From Nitrosopumilus sp. (GTDB lineage Archaea; Thermoproteota; Nitrososphaeria; Nitrososphaerales; Nitrosopumilaceae): DNA of 64,000 nucleotides. Below, in pieces: positions 8,789 through 19,696 of the stretch. Both the position numbers and the translations under genes were made by a program. The stretch is from NCBI GenBank assembly GCA_965238275.1, contig OZ250186.1, positions 736,001 to 800,000 on the forward strand. The letters are read 5' to 3'. The notes under the pieces are model-generated. The model was not told the origin of the DNA and did no database searches. It saw only the letters and a list, made by a program, of their open reading frames with translations. The first letter of the stretch is position 1. Every line of letters begins with the position of its first letter.

Positions 8789-10888
8789 TTATCTCCTCTT
8801 CCAGACTAACTGGTTGTAGATGAGCTCCGGTCTTATCTGCCTGAACTGCTGTGCGCCTCCAACATACCACTTTGTAAAGAACTCGTACAGGTGCAGCCTG
8901 AGCGACTGGATGTACACGATCAGTCCCTCGATCATCATGATTCCAAGGTTTCCTCCGATGATCATGGCTATGGCGGCTCCGGATTCGATACCTCCCAGCG
9001 ATGTAAATGCGTTGTTTACAGTCAGCAGTAGGGCCGCATGCACCAGCAGCATGATGCCCAGCCGGGCGTAGCTTATAGTGTGGGCAAGGCTCTCGACGGT
9101 CTTTCCTAGGAACACCTCCATGACGACGCTTGCCGGGTCGCTTCCGTCCTCCGGATGCCTCTTTGCGTGCATGATGCCCCCAATCATCATTATGACCATT
9201 GATGCAATCACGATCACTACTGCAATTCGTGTGACTATCCACACCTGGGCCCACTCACCGAGAAATACCGTAACCCATGGAACCGCCTCTGTGTGAGCCC
9301 TAGAGTACATGTTGATCACGTCGTACTGCGAGCCTATCGCGCACATCATTATGACTACGATTCCGCCGTACAGGGCAAGGTTTGGAATGGACTCCATGAA
9401 TACTGTCATCCTTTGTCCCTCCTTTAGGAGCCTGATTATTCTCAAAGTCATTGCCCACACCAGGTGGATGATCCCCAGGAAGAGTGATACCTTGAGTATG
9501 TCAATCACCTGGTCAAAGGTCAGTTCTGCAACACTGAGTATTCCGACTATCCAGCTGACAGAGTGCAGCGCCCCGCCCTCCTCGAGCAGGCCTTCAAAGG
9601 GCGCCAAGTGATTCAGGTGGTAGCCAAACGCCTCCCCTGCACCAACTCCGGCTATTGCAGCCGATGCGCCGGATATGGCAATAAGCATTCCCCATCTGGA
9701 CAGCTCGCCCTGTCCCTTCATCTTGAAGAGCAGCCCCATTCCCATGAGGAGCAGCCCGTGGCCCATGTCTGCAAACATAAGTCCGTAGAAGATTGGCCAC
9801 ATCAGTGCGATCATCGGGGTGGGATCCGGTTCCCCGCGTTTTGGAATCCCCTGACTCTTTGTAATGACTTCGAATGTTCTGACAAACCGCTTGTTGTCAA
9901 AGAGCGTTGGAATCTGTTTTACCTGGTCGGGCTCCGTGACATCCTCCACCACGGACATCCACTTCTTTGTCAGATCTGTAAACTTTGTCTCCATCTTTTT
10001 TGGGATGAAGCCCTGGATTAGTGCAAAATTCTTGGTGCCGCCGGGCTTTCTCAGGGTTTCAAGGACATCCTTTGCCACCATGGCCTTTTCGTGAAGGGCA
10101 AGTATGTCGCGCCTGAGCTTCTTTGCAAGTCCTGCCAGTTCCTTTGTCATTGCAGCCTCGCTTGCACCCAGCTCCTTGATCTTTGCCTCTGCCTGGCCGT
10201 AGGCCTGGCTTGGAACCTGTGGGAATCCGTCTGGAATCCTGAACGGGTTTGAGTTAAAGTTTCTTAGAACCTTGAGAACCTTCTCAGAGTCTGCCGCGTC
10301 TGCAATTACCACTACTGCTGACTTGTTCTTGCCTTCCAGCTCGTATCTGGTGAGTGCTGTCTCGTCAAGGGAACGGCTTATCTCCTCAAAGTCCTGCGAT
10401 TCAATCACAAAGAGACCTGTAAAGAAGTATCTTGTAAGGCCGAATCCCGAAAGATCGATATTCATCCTTCTGACCACCTCTAGCGTCTCCTTGATGGTCT
10501 TGTGCTCCTCGATGGACGATCTTGCGGAATCTATGTCCTTTAGCAGTCTTGCTGGCCTGTCAATGACAGACGGAGCCTCAGCCTCTATCCATGAAACCAT
10601 CTCTGCAACCTCGCCCATCTCATAGTCCTTCTTTTTGATTACCGTACCCTTGAAGAGAATCTCCATTATGCCAACAGTGGAAGGAATGTTCATCCTCTTG
10701 ACGACCTCGTCAATTGACTGGAACGACTGCTGCGCCCTTAGCAGGAGATCATCTATCTCGGGCGTCACCCGGTCGTTAGGGGAATCGACCTTGTGGAACC
10801 ACTCAAATTCAGTCAGTCTTGAAATGGCCTTTGGCGACTCGCCCCTTGGTAGGATGACGGTTCCCAGTCGTATGTCTGCAGTTGCCAA
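8789..10888 (-). CDS. atpI: A/V-type ATP synthase subunit I
   Basis: DPTP, GLMFADMGHG, SYARL, LRLHLYEFF. Confidence 0.95.
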   Translation of the reverse strand: MATADIRLGTVILPRGESPKAISRLTEFEWFHKVDSPNDRVTPEIDDLLLRAQQSFQSIDEVVKRMNIPSTVGIMEILFKGTVIKKKDYEMGEVAEMVSWIEAEAPSVIDRPARLLKDIDSARSSIEEHKTIKETLEVVRRMNIDLSGFGLTRYFFTGLFVIESQDFEEISRSLDETALTRYELEGKNKSAVVVIADAADSEKVLKVLRNFNSNPFRIPDGFPQVPSQAYGQAEAKIKELGASEAAMTKELAGLAKKLRRDILALHEKAMVAKDVLETLRKPGGTKNFALIQGFIPKKMETKFTDLTKKWMSVVEDVTEPDQVKQIPTLFDNKRFVRTFEVITKSQGIPKRGEPDPTPMIALMWPIFYGLMFADMGHGLLLMGMGLLFKMKGQGELSRWGMLIAISGASAAIAGVGAGEAFGYHLNHLAPFEGLLEEGGALHSVSWIVGILSVAELTFDQVIDILKVSLFLGIIHLVWAMTLRIIRLLKEGQRMTVFMESIPNLALYGGIVVIMMCAIGSQYDVINMYSRAHTEAVPWVTVFLGEWAQVWIVTRIAVVIVIASMVIMMIGGIMHAKRHPEDGSDPASVVMEVFLGKTVESLAHTISYARLGIMLLVHAALLLTVNNAFTSLGGIESGAAIAMIIGGNLGIMMIEGLIVYIQSLRLHLYEFFTKWYVGGAQQFRQIRPELIYNQLVWKRR

Positions 10889-11016
10889 GACAAGTTTGGG
10901 GTATTCCCATTGTGTTTAATACCTTTCTGATTTAATGACTGAGGCCGGGGTGGGGACACCTTGGAAGAATCCAGATTTTTCCAAACATTAAAATCCATTA
11001 TGGCTCAACGCCCCCC

Positions 11017-11616
11017 ATGACGCCTGATTTGGCACTGGAGGCCACAATCGACAAGATTTTGGCAAACACCGACAAGGAGATCATCTCGGACACTAGATCC
11101 GTATTTGAAAAATCCCTCCAAAGACTAGACGACGCGGCCAAGATGCTTGAGGAGGAATACGAAAGGATAATCTCTGACGGCAACAGGGAGGCTGAAAAGA
11201 TCTCAAGGCAGATCATTGGAAGCGCCGATCTTGAGGCCAGAAACAAGCAGCTGATCGCAGTTGAGGATGCAGTGGTCAGGGCCTTCTCCCAGGCACTTGA
11301 CGGAATAGCGGGTGCCAAACGGGATAAAGGGTACGAGGGTCTGATCAGGACGCTTTTGAGGGAGACCGTCGAGGTTATGGGAACCTCGAATATTACAATA
11401 TTTACAAATGAACAGGACCGGGCCGTGGTGCAGTCCGTACTCTCAGAGTTTCCGGGGATCGAGATGTCCTCTGATGTGGTGGAGTGCCTTGGAGGGGTTA
11501 CTGCAAAGTCACAAGACGGCTCCATGACATTTGACAATACCGTCGATGCAAGACTAAAACGTCTAAAGCCTTTAATAAGGAAAGAAATTGCATCCAAATT
11601 CGGAGTAGGAGATTAA
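11017..11616 (+). CDS. atpE: A/V-type ATP synthase subunit E
   Basis: Coiled-coil N-terminus, GGV..DG...DNT; first gene of E-A-B-D. Confidence 0.9.
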   Translation: MTPDLALEATIDKILANTDKEIISDTRSVFEKSLQRLDDAAKMLEEEYERIISDGNREAEKISRQIIGSADLEARNKQLIAVEDAVVRAFSQALDGIAGAKRDKGYEGLIRTLLRETVEVMGTSNITIFTNEQDRAVVQSVLSEFPGIEMSSDVVECLGGVTAKSQDGSMTFDNTVDARLKRLKPLIRKEIASKFGVGD

Positions 11617-11619
11617 AAC

Positions 11620-13392
11620 ATGGTAGCTCAGGGCAGAATTGTTTGGGTAAGCGGTCCGGCCGTGAGGGCTGACGGCATGTCCGAGGCAAAGATGTATGAG
11701 ACTGTGACCGTAGGCGATTCCAAGCTGATAGGCGAGGTGATCCGGCTTACCGGCGATGTTGCATTTATCCAGGTGTATGAGTCGACCAGCGGGCTGAAGC
11801 CAGGCGAGCCTGTCATAGGTACCGGAAACCCGCTTAGTGTAATGCTGGGACCGGGAATCATAGGACAGCTGTATGACGGGATTCAAAGGCCCCTCAGGGA
11901 GCTCTCGAAGGCATCCGGTTCGTTCATCGGCAGGGGCATTGTCACCACCCCGATAGACATGACCAAAAAGTATCATTTTGTTCCCACCGTAAACAACGGT
12001 GACGAGGTGGCGGCAGGAAACGTAATTGGAACCGTTCAGGAGACGGATCTCATAGAACATTCCATCATGGTCCCGCCGGATCATCCAGGCGGGCAGATCT
12101 CAGGAATGGTGACTGAAGGCGATTATGATCTAGAGACGGTTCTTGCAACGACTCAGAAGGACGGCCAGAGTACGGATCTAAAGATGTATCACAAGTGGCC
12201 TGTCCGAAAACCCCGTCCATACAAGAACCGATACGATCCGACAGTGCCGCTACTGACAGGGCAGCGTGTCATTGACACATTCTTTCCAATAGCAAAGGGC
12301 GGAACGGGTTCGATTCCGGGAGCGTTCGGAACCGGCAAGACTGTAACCCTTCACCAGATTGCCAAGTGGGCCGACTCGCAGGTGGTCGTGTATATCGGCT
12401 GCGGCGAGAGAGGCAACGAGATGACTGAGGTGCTTGTGGAGTTCCCACACCTGAAGGATCCGCGGAGCGGAAAGCCGCTCATGGACAGGACAGTTCTTGT
12501 GGCAAACACCAGCAACATGCCGGTTGCTGCAAGGGAGGCTAGCATCTACACGGGTGTGACGATTGCAGAATACTATCGGGACATGGGCAAGGACGTAGTG
12601 CTTGTGGCAGATTCCACCAGCAGATGGGCAGAGGCGCTCAGGGAGATGAGCGGAAGACTCGAGGAGATGCCTGCAGAGGAGGGTTATCCGTCATACCTTG
12701 CATCAAGGCTGGCAGAATTTTACGAGAGGGCAGGCCGTGTAAGGGCCGCAGGCAGTCCTGACCGCGACGGTTCTGTAACCTTGATAGGCGCAGTATCCCC
12801 GTCAGGCGGCGATTTTACGGAGCCGGTTACGACTCACACCATGAGATTCATCAAGACCTTCTGGGCTCTGGATGCAAAGCTTGCATACTCTAGACACTAC
12901 CCGTCGATCAACTGGATGAACAGCTACTCGGGGTATCTTGCAGATGTCGCAAAGTGGTGGGGCCAGAACATCAGCGAGGACTGGTTTAACCTGCGAAAAG
13001 AAGCGTACGGCGTCCTGCAGAGGGAGGAGACGCTAAAGGAGATTGTGAGGCTTTTGGGTCCTGAGGCGCTTCCAGACGAGGAGAAGCTGATACTTGAGGT
13101 TGCAAGAATGATCAAGATCGGACTGCTACAACAAAACTCGTTTGATGATGTGGATACATACTGCAGTCCTGAAAAACAGTACAAGCTCCTCAAACTGCTG
13201 GTGAACTTTTACAAGAGTGGCCAGCAGGCACTCAAGGAGGGCGCTAATCTTAATGACATCAAGAACCTGCCGATCCAGTCTTCGCTTCTCAAGGCGCGAA
13301 TGGATGTCAAGGACGATGAGATCTCAAAACTCGATCAGTTTGAAGGGCTGATGCAGGAGCAGTTCGAGAACATAATGGGGGTTAAGATATAA
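11620..13392 (+). CDS. atpA: A/V-type ATP synthase subunit A
   Basis: GAFGTGKT Walker [16 protein letters not shown]. Confidence 0.98.
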   Translation: MVAQGRIVWVSGPAVRADGMSEAKMYETVTVGDSKLIGEVIRLTGDVAFIQVYESTSGLKPGEPVIGTGNPLSVMLGPGIIGQLYDGIQRPLRELSKASGSFIGRGIVTTPIDMTKKYHFVPTVNNGDEVAAGNVIGTVQETDLIEHSIMVPPDHPGGQISGMVTEGDYDLETVLATTQKDGQSTDLKMYHKWPVRKPRPYKNRYDPTVPLLTGQRVIDTFFPIAKGGTGSIPGAFGTGKTVTLHQIAKWADSQVVVYIGCGERGNEMTEVLVEFPHLKDPRSGKPLMDRTVLVANTSNMPVAAREASIYTGVTIAEYYRDMGKDVVLVADSTSRWAEALREMSGRLEEMPAEEGYPSYLASRLAEFYERAGRVRAAGSPDRDGSVTLIGAVSPSGGDFTEPVTTHTMRFIKTFWALDAKLAYSRHYPSINWMNSYSGYLADVAKWWGQNISEDWFNLRKEAYGVLQREETLKEIVRLLGPEALPDEEKLILEVARMIKIGLLQQNSFDDVDTYCSPEKQYKLLKLLVNFYKSGQQALKEGANLNDIKNLPIQSSLLKARMDVKDDEISKLDQFEGLMQEQFENIMGVKI

Positions 13393-13394
13393 AA

Positions 13395-14780
13395 TTGACG
13401 GTGCAGGGCGGGGTCCAGTACAGCAAGATTGCAGAGATCAAGGGTCCCCTGGTAGTAGTTGACGAGGTTGAAAACGCCGCCTTTGACGAACTGGTAGAAA
13501 TAGATACCAACGACGGCGAGAGGAGGCTCGGCAAGGTGCTTGAAGTGGGAAACGGCAAGGCCATAGTACAGGTCTTTGAGGGAACCACCGGACTGTCAGT
13601 TGCCGGAACAAGTGCAAAATTCGTAGGCAAGGTAATGGAGATGCCCGTATCCAAGGAGGTATTGGGCAGGGTCTTTGACGGACTGGGCAGGCCAAAGGAC
13701 GGACTTCCCGATCCAATAGCCGACAAGTTCATCGATATCAACGGGGAGCCAATGAATCCAGAACAGCGCCAGTATCCAAAGGACTTCATTCAGACAGGCG
13801 TCTCGGTAATCGACGGCATGATCACACTTGTCCGGGGACAAAAACTTCCAATCTTTTCAGGCTCGGGAATGTCCCACAACCTGCTTGCCGCACAGATAGC
13901 ACGGCAGGCCAGTGTGCTCGGCACCAATGACGACTTTGCCGTGGTGTTTGCAGCCATCGGCGTGCAGTACAGCGAGGCCGAATACTTTAGAAGAAGCCTT
14001 GAAGAATCCGGCGCCCTGAAGAGAAGCGTGCTGTTTCTCAATCTGGCCGATGATCCTGCCATCGAGAGGATCATCACGCCCCGCGTGGCACTTACCGTCG
14101 CAGAGTATCTGGCATTTGAGCTTGACATGCACGTGCTGGTAATCCTGACTGACATGACAAACTATGCCGAGGCACTCAGGGAGATCAGCGCAGCAAGAGA
14201 AGAGGTTCCGGGACGAAAGGGGTATCCGGGATACCTGTATACCGATCTCTCCACAATATACGAGCGTGCCGGCAAACTGGAAGGCAGGACGGGAAGCGTT
14301 ACCCAGGTGCCAATCCTCTCAATGCCCTCTGATGATATCACCCACCCGATCCCGGATCTTACCGGATACATTACAGAGGGGCAGATAGTGCTGGGACGGG
14401 ATCTCTTCAGACAGGGAATCTATCCGCCGGTAAACATACTGATGAGCCTGAGCAGACTCATGAAGGACGGAATAGGCAAGGGAAGCACAAGGGAGGAACA
14501 CGGCGAAATATCAAACCAGAACTATGACTTCTACGCTAGGGCACAGGAGGTCCGGGCACTGGCAGGAATCGTAGGCAAGGCCGGACTGACCGAGATCGAT
14601 CTAAAGTACATGGATGCCGGGGATGCCTTTGAAAAGGAGTTCCTCTCACAAAAAATTGACGAGAACCGCACAATCGAGGAGACGCTGGGCGTACTCTGGA
14701 AGATTGCCTCAAAACTGCCAAAGAATGAACTGACAAAGGTTAAGGACAAATACATAGAGCAGTTCTATCAGGACAAGTAG
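13395..14780 (+). CDS. atpB: A/V-type ATP synthase subunit B
   Basis: [34 protein letters not shown]. Confidence 0.98.
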   Translation: MTVQGGVQYSKIAEIKGPLVVVDEVENAAFDELVEIDTNDGERRLGKVLEVGNGKAIVQVFEGTTGLSVAGTSAKFVGKVMEMPVSKEVLGRVFDGLGRPKDGLPDPIADKFIDINGEPMNPEQRQYPKDFIQTGVSVIDGMITLVRGQKLPIFSGSGMSHNLLAAQIARQASVLGTNDDFAVVFAAIGVQYSEAEYFRRSLEESGALKRSVLFLNLADDPAIERIITPRVALTVAEYLAFELDMHVLVILTDMTNYAEALREISAAREEVPGRKGYPGYLYTDLSTIYERAGKLEGRTGSVTQVPILSMPSDDITHPIPDLTGYITEGQIVLGRDLFRQGIYPPVNILMSLSRLMKDGIGKGSTREEHGEISNQNYDFYARAQEVRALAGIVGKAGLTEIDLKYMDAGDAFEKEFLSQKIDENRTIEETLGVLWKIASKLPKNELTKVKDKYIEQFYQDK

Positions 14781-14782
14781 AC

Positions 14783-15415
14783 ATGTCGTTTGGACAGAAT
14801 GTGGCTGCGACCAAGATCGAGCTGTTCAAGTACAAGCGTTCCAGCCAGGTCGCAATCATGGTGCAGAAGATTCTTGACGACAAGCGCAAGGTGCTTTTAA
14901 AGAACATTGAGGAGATGATCGTAGAGGCCTCCAAGGCAAGGGGCGGAATCTGGGATCCGCTCCAGGACATCTACAAGTCTGTAAACGAGGCGTATCTTTC
15001 CCTAGGTACAAGCACTGTAGACTCTGTTGCAGAGTCCACCCCGCCTGTCATGGAAGTCGACGTCAACGTGCGAAGGGTCGTCGATGTCAAGATTCCGACA
15101 CTGTCAGTGACTGAAAGCGATACCGACTCCATGCCGTACGGCTTTGCCGACACAAACTCGTCAATCGACAGGGCGTCAAAGCAGATAAAGGAACTGCTCC
15201 CGAAGATCTGCAAGGCCGCCGAGCACGAGAACTCCATATTCAGCCTTGCAAAGGCGCTGGAGAAGACGCAAAAGCTCCTCAACGCACTTGAAAACGTCAT
15301 TATCCCGCAGTACAAGGAGAGGATACGGTTCATCCTTGCGACCATAGAGGAGAGGGAGAGGGAGGAATTCGCAAAGTTAAAAAAAGTGAAGGCAAAGATG
15401 GAGCGCAACAAGTAA
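14783..15415 (+). CDS. atpD: A/V-type ATP synthase subunit D
   Basis: NALENVIIP, EEREREEF motifs; operon position. Confidence 0.93.
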   Translation: MSFGQNVAATKIELFKYKRSSQVAIMVQKILDDKRKVLLKNIEEMIVEASKARGGIWDPLQDIYKSVNEAYLSLGTSTVDSVAESTPPVMEVDVNVRRVVDVKIPTLSVTESDTDSMPYGFADTNSSIDRASKQIKELLPKICKAAEHENSIFSLAKALEKTQKLLNALENVIIPQYKERIRFILATIEEREREEFAKLKKVKAKMERNK

Positions 15416-15546
15416 TGGCAAAAGACGAGATTAAGAGGCTGATTGAGGACTCCAAAAAGGCACTGGGCGCAGACTATGACGCCTTTGAAAAGTCCATCAA
15501 GAAAGATCTGGCCTCGTTCAAAAAGGATACACTGGATCGAATCTGA
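15415..15546 (+). CDS. 43-aa charged helical protein coupled to atpD (possible reduced peripheral-stalk subunit)
   Basis: TAATG overlap; MAKDEIKRLIEDSKKALGADYDAFEKSIKKDLASFKKDTLDRI. Confidence 0.6.
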   Translation: MAKDEIKRLIEDSKKALGADYDAFEKSIKKDLASFKKDTLDRI

Positions 15547-15771
15547 TTCCCAGTCAGAATCATACCATGCGGCACCTGTGGGTATCGCCATCATCATCAT
15601 GCATGCGGTTCGTACCCCGATGTCTGCCGTCAACAGTTCGTGGTACCTGTAGGGTGCAGCCTGCGTTTGACTGCGCTTAGACGGCATGATTCTCGTACCA
15701 CGCGCTGGGCGGATCCTGGAGGGGAATTCTACCATGATTTAAATAAGGATCTGAACGAGCCTCAAACATCA

Positions 15772-16077
15772 ATGAAAACTATAGCCTTGTTACTTTTGGC
15801 GGCATCAGCGATTTCAATTCTGGGTTCTACCGGGGTTGCATTTGCACAGGACGATGCATCTAGCAGTGGTGACTCTATGAAGCTTCTGGGTGCTGGTCTG
15901 GCCTTTGGTATCGCAGCCGGAGGAGCTGGAATAGGTCTTGGCCAGGTGGGTGCAGCAGGTCTTGCAGTCATCAGTGAGAATCCGGCACTGCAGTCCAAAG
16001 TATTCATCTTCGTAGGAATGGTTGAGTCCATCGCAATCTACGGCATAGTCATGATGTTTATCATACTGGGACAATAG
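15772..16077 (+). CDS. atpK: ATP synthase proteolipid subunit K/c
   Basis: GAGIGLG, ENP loop, carboxylate in MVESIAIYG; signal-like N-terminus. Confidence 0.92.
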   Translation: MKTIALLLLAASAISILGSTGVAFAQDDASSSGDSMKLLGAGLAFGIAAGGAGIGLGQVGAAGLAVISENPALQSKVFIFVGMVESIAIYGIVMMFIILGQ

Positions 16078-16114
16078 TTCTGACTAGATATTTTTCAATT
16101 CAAAAATTTTTATC

Positions 16115-16576
16115 CTAATTATATCTCAATTGGTCCGTGTTCAGTATCCTTGCACAGTACCTGCATCTGAGCACCCTGCCCTTCCTGTCCACCAGCTCCA
16201 TGACGGATTCGATGTACTCTTGGCTGTTTGTTATGCAGTCCGGATTCGGGCACTTGAAGATCCGCTCTATCTCGTTTGGAATGGTGACCCTTCTCTTCTC
16301 CACAAGCTTGTAGTTCCTTATCATGTTGATGGTGGCGCTAGGGGCGATCACTGCCAGCTTGTTTGTATCGTCATCCCTAAGGAACCTGTTCTCCACCTTG
16401 ATAATGTCCTTCTTTCTGAACTTGCCGCTTGGGACGTTGAGGGCGATGGTAATCAGACCTCCGTCCCCGTCGTTGAGCCCCAGCGCGTCAAGAACGCGAA
16501 GGCCCCTGCCTGCATCAATGTGGTCAATCACGGTCCCCTCACGGATTCGTCGAACCAGAAGCTCGGACTCTTCCAT
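16115..16576 (-). CDS. pyrI: Aspartate carbamoyltransferase regulatory chain
   Basis: GTVIDHI, CPNPDCIT, CRYC zinc site. Confidence 0.96.
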   Translation of the reverse strand: MEESELLVRRIREGTVIDHIDAGRGLRVLDALGLNDGDGGLITIALNVPSGKFRKKDIIKVENRFLRDDDTNKLAVIAPSATINMIRNYKLVEKRRVTIPNEIERIFKCPNPDCITNSQEYIESVMELVDRKGRVLRCRYCARILNTDQLRYN

Positions 16577-16616
16577 AAAAATACTTGTATAGCCACTTGT
16601 ATATATCATTGAGAAT

Positions 16617-17549
16617 ATGAACGAGTTTTACGGGAAGGACGTCATCTCAATCAAGGACTTTACCCGGAAGCAGCTTGAAGAGATCTTTGGCGCAACCGAC
16701 CGGCTGATGGAACTTGACCCGTCAGTCCGGAGCGAGATCTGCAGGGGCAAGACGCTTGGGTACCTCTTTTACGAGCCCAGCACCAGAACCCGGCTGAGCT
16801 TTGAGGCGGCAATGGCATCGGTGGGCGGAAACTCCGTTGGAATCTCTGATGCCTCCTCCTCATCAATCCAGAAGGGCGAGAGCCTCTCTGATACGGTGCG
16901 GATCACGTCAATCTATTCAGACGTGCTGGTACTGCGGCATGCCATGGACGGCTCAAGCAGGTTTGCAGCAGAGATCTCCAGAAAGCCGGTAATCAACGCA
17001 GGCAGCGGGACCGAGGAGCACCCCACCCAGGCAATCCAGGATCTATTCACGATCAAGAAGGAGAAGAGAAAGATCGACGGCCTCAGTATTGGAATAGCAG
17101 GTGATCTAAAGTACGGAAGGACCGTATACTCCCTGCTGTACGGGTTGGGAAACTATGATGTCGACGTACACCTCTTCTCACCGGAGTCCCTCAGGATACG
17201 GACCGACTCAGTCTATGAGATTAAAAAGAAGATGGATTTTACCGAGTCCAACGACATCGAGGATCACATTGACGAGCTTGACGTCCTTTACGTGACAAGA
17301 ATCCAGAAGGAGAGGTTTCCCGACGAGGAGGAGTACCGCAAGGTAAAGGGAAGCTACACGGTGGGACTTGACACCCTCCGGCAGATGAAGGATGATGCAG
17401 TCATACTGCATCCCCTTCCCAGAATCGATGAGATCTCCCCCGAGATTGATGCGACCAAAAACGCCAGATACTTTGAACAGGCCGAATACGGCATGCACGT
17501 CCGCTCTGCCCTGCTGGGACTGATCCTGAACAGGGACGGCTTCTTCTGA
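16617..17549 (+). CDS. pyrB: Aspartate carbamoyltransferase catalytic chain
   Basis: EPSTRTR, HPTQ, HPLPR. Confidence 0.97.
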   Translation: MNEFYGKDVISIKDFTRKQLEEIFGATDRLMELDPSVRSEICRGKTLGYLFYEPSTRTRLSFEAAMASVGGNSVGISDASSSSIQKGESLSDTVRITSIYSDVLVLRHAMDGSSRFAAEISRKPVINAGSGTEEHPTQAIQDLFTIKKEKRKIDGLSIGIAGDLKYGRTVYSLLYGLGNYDVDVHLFSPESLRIRTDSVYEIKKKMDFTESNDIEDHIDELDVLYVTRIQKERFPDEEEYRKVKGSYTVGLDTLRQMKDDAVILHPLPRIDEISPEIDATKNARYFEQAEYGMHVRSALLGLILNRDGFF

Positions 17550-17588
17550 TTAGGCATTATTATATCCTGATGCGTGTTAGTGTGACTG

Positions 17589-18281
17589 TTGACAAAGACC
17601 ATACCGATATTCCCGCTGGATCTGGTGCTGTTTCCAAGGCAGAACCTTCCGCTGCGCATATTCGAACCCCGCTACAGGCAGCTGGTCGATGACTGCATGC
17701 TTGGGGACGGACAGTTTGGCGTATGCCTGACAGACAACACCCGTACCGTCAGCGGATGGGAATCTCCAAGATCCGTCGGAACCGTTGCCAAGATCACCGG
17801 ATGCAAGGATGTCGGGCTTGACGGGGCGCAGCTTCACATTGAGACTGTCGGCAGGAACCCGTTTAGGATCAAGAGAATAATTCCTCCGTCGCTTCCCCGG
17901 CCTGCAGACTATGATCCGCAATCCCCCGAAGGAGTCTCCGGGATGCGCACGGATACAACAGGCGCCACCCCGTACATACGTGCAGAGGTGGAGATGATAC
18001 CTGAGATCGACCAGGACATAACCCTGGGCAGATGGAACAGAATGGTTGATCTGTGGAAGCGCAAGGTTGCCGCAGAGGCGCTGCCGCAAATAATCGAACC
18101 CCACGCACTTGACCACCTTCTGGGGCAGTACTATCTTGTAACTGACACCCCCACCATGGACTACGTCTATTCGCTGGCAGCCCTTGGCGCAGGGAGTCCG
18201 GACGAACTACAGCCGATTCTGGAGGCTGCATCCGTTGACGATCTTATCGGCAGGATCGAGGATCTGCTGACAATAAAATAG
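17589..18281 (+). CDS. Lon protease N-terminal (substrate-binding) domain protein
   Basis: IPIFPL..VLFP...LPLRIFEPRY. Confidence 0.85.
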   Translation: MTKTIPIFPLDLVLFPRQNLPLRIFEPRYRQLVDDCMLGDGQFGVCLTDNTRTVSGWESPRSVGTVAKITGCKDVGLDGAQLHIETVGRNPFRIKRIIPPSLPRPADYDPQSPEGVSGMRTDTTGATPYIRAEVEMIPEIDQDITLGRWNRMVDLWKRKVAAEALPQIIEPHALDHLLGQYYLVTDTPTMDYVYSLAALGAGSPDELQPILEAASVDDLIGRIEDLLTIK

Positions 18282-18283
18282 AT

Positions 18284-19666
18284 GTGATGGAGATGGTGAT
18301 GACGCTATTGTTCAAATCATGTATCGTTCTGGCAGCAGCCTGCATGGTTCTTGTTCCGGCAGGCGCATACGGACACGGGCTGGACCTGGATCACATTCGC
18401 TCAATAGACGTGCAGGGGACGGACATAACAGTGTCGGTTGCAATGTCCCCCAATGTCGGGCCAGGTGACGAGAGGCGGCTTACACTTACGGCAACCGAGG
18501 ATGATACAAGGGACAATGCCCGGAGCGTAACCTTTCTGATCGGCATGTTTGACGGGGGCAAGATGCTGCTCAGGGACTACTTCTTTGCCCCGGACGGGGT
18601 CCTGCACATTGACATCGCGCCGTCGCAGGGCGAGCTTGAGATTCATGGTGAGCAGGATGACATTCTCAGGGCGTGGCACGGAACAGAGTCCGACCCTGTC
18701 CTGATAACCGGTCCGATATTTGACTCGGGAGGCCTGTACACCTTTGAGATTGAACTGAGAACCATAGACGAGCCCACCAACATAATAGACGACTCCCAGA
18801 CGCACCATGCAGATCTCAGCATAGTGGATGATGCCATACATGTGGCAGCTGATGCGCAGGGGGATGATGTTGAGTTTGGGACAAAGTCGTACTTTGATAG
18901 CGTGTCCGAATTCGGATACGATCCACAGACTGGCCAGGCCACAGTCAGGATGCCCTTTGACTGGAGTGAGAGCGTAATGTCGCACATTCCGGTTCTCCAC
19001 GTGGAGGTCTCCTTTCCGGACGACTTTGAGGAGTTTATCTCTCCAAGCTATACCGGAGTCGCAAACGGGATAGATCTCTTCAAGGCATCCGTAATAATCG
19101 ACGACTATACGGCAGACGATTCAAGGATAGTCCACATAGTCTTGTTGCAGGATCATCTGAGATTCCTAAAGAACAGCATGAAAAAGTCCGGCGAGCCGCT
19201 GCCTGACACCATCACCTTTTCCATCTCCTCGAGCCCGGACTTGGCGTTTCCACTTAGTGCCTACACCAAGAGCGAGGACTTTCTGGTGAACCTTGCATGG
19301 GATCCGGTAGAACCCGAGCCTGACGTCGCAACAACATTCGTCTTTACCATCCGGGACGGCGCAACCGGCGAGCCACTGAGAAATTCAGAGTACACCTTTG
19401 TGGTGGTTCAGAACGGCCAGGAGATACACCGGGCATCCGGACTGGCCCAGATTGGCGGCCACTTTGAAAAGTTTACCTTCGGGGAGGGACAGACCGGCCC
19501 CACAATCATAAGATTTGAGAACATCCGGAATACGGGACAGGAAACCGAGTTTGGAATGGTGGTGGTTCCTGAGTTTGGCCCAGTCATCCTGCTTGTGCTG
19601 GCCGTCTCCATTGCAGGAGCCATTGTCGCATCCCGAAGAGTCGGTTACGTTACTGTGACCGGCTGA
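18284..19666 (+). CDS. Secreted PEFG-CTERM protein
   Basis: Signal peptide AYG|HG; C-terminal VVPEFG + TM + RR. Confidence 0.85.
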   Translation: MMEMVMTLLFKSCIVLAAACMVLVPAGAYGHGLDLDHIRSIDVQGTDITVSVAMSPNVGPGDERRLTLTATEDDTRDNARSVTFLIGMFDGGKMLLRDYFFAPDGVLHIDIAPSQGELEIHGEQDDILRAWHGTESDPVLITGPIFDSGGLYTFEIELRTIDEPTNIIDDSQTHHADLSIVDDAIHVAADAQGDDVEFGTKSYFDSVSEFGYDPQTGQATVRMPFDWSESVMSHIPVLHVEVSFPDDFEEFISPSYTGVANGIDLFKASVIIDDYTADDSRIVHIVLLQDHLRFLKNSMKKSGEPLPDTITFSISSSPDLAFPLSAYTKSEDFLVNLAWDPVEPEPDVATTFVFTIRDGATGEPLRNSEYTFVVVQNGQEIHRASGLAQIGGHFEKFTFGEGQTGPTIIRFENIRNTGQETEFGMVVVPEFGPVILLVLAVSIAGAIVASRRVGYVTVTG

Positions 19667-19696
19667 TCATGCCGTCCTGCTGCTCCTGCTGCTGCA

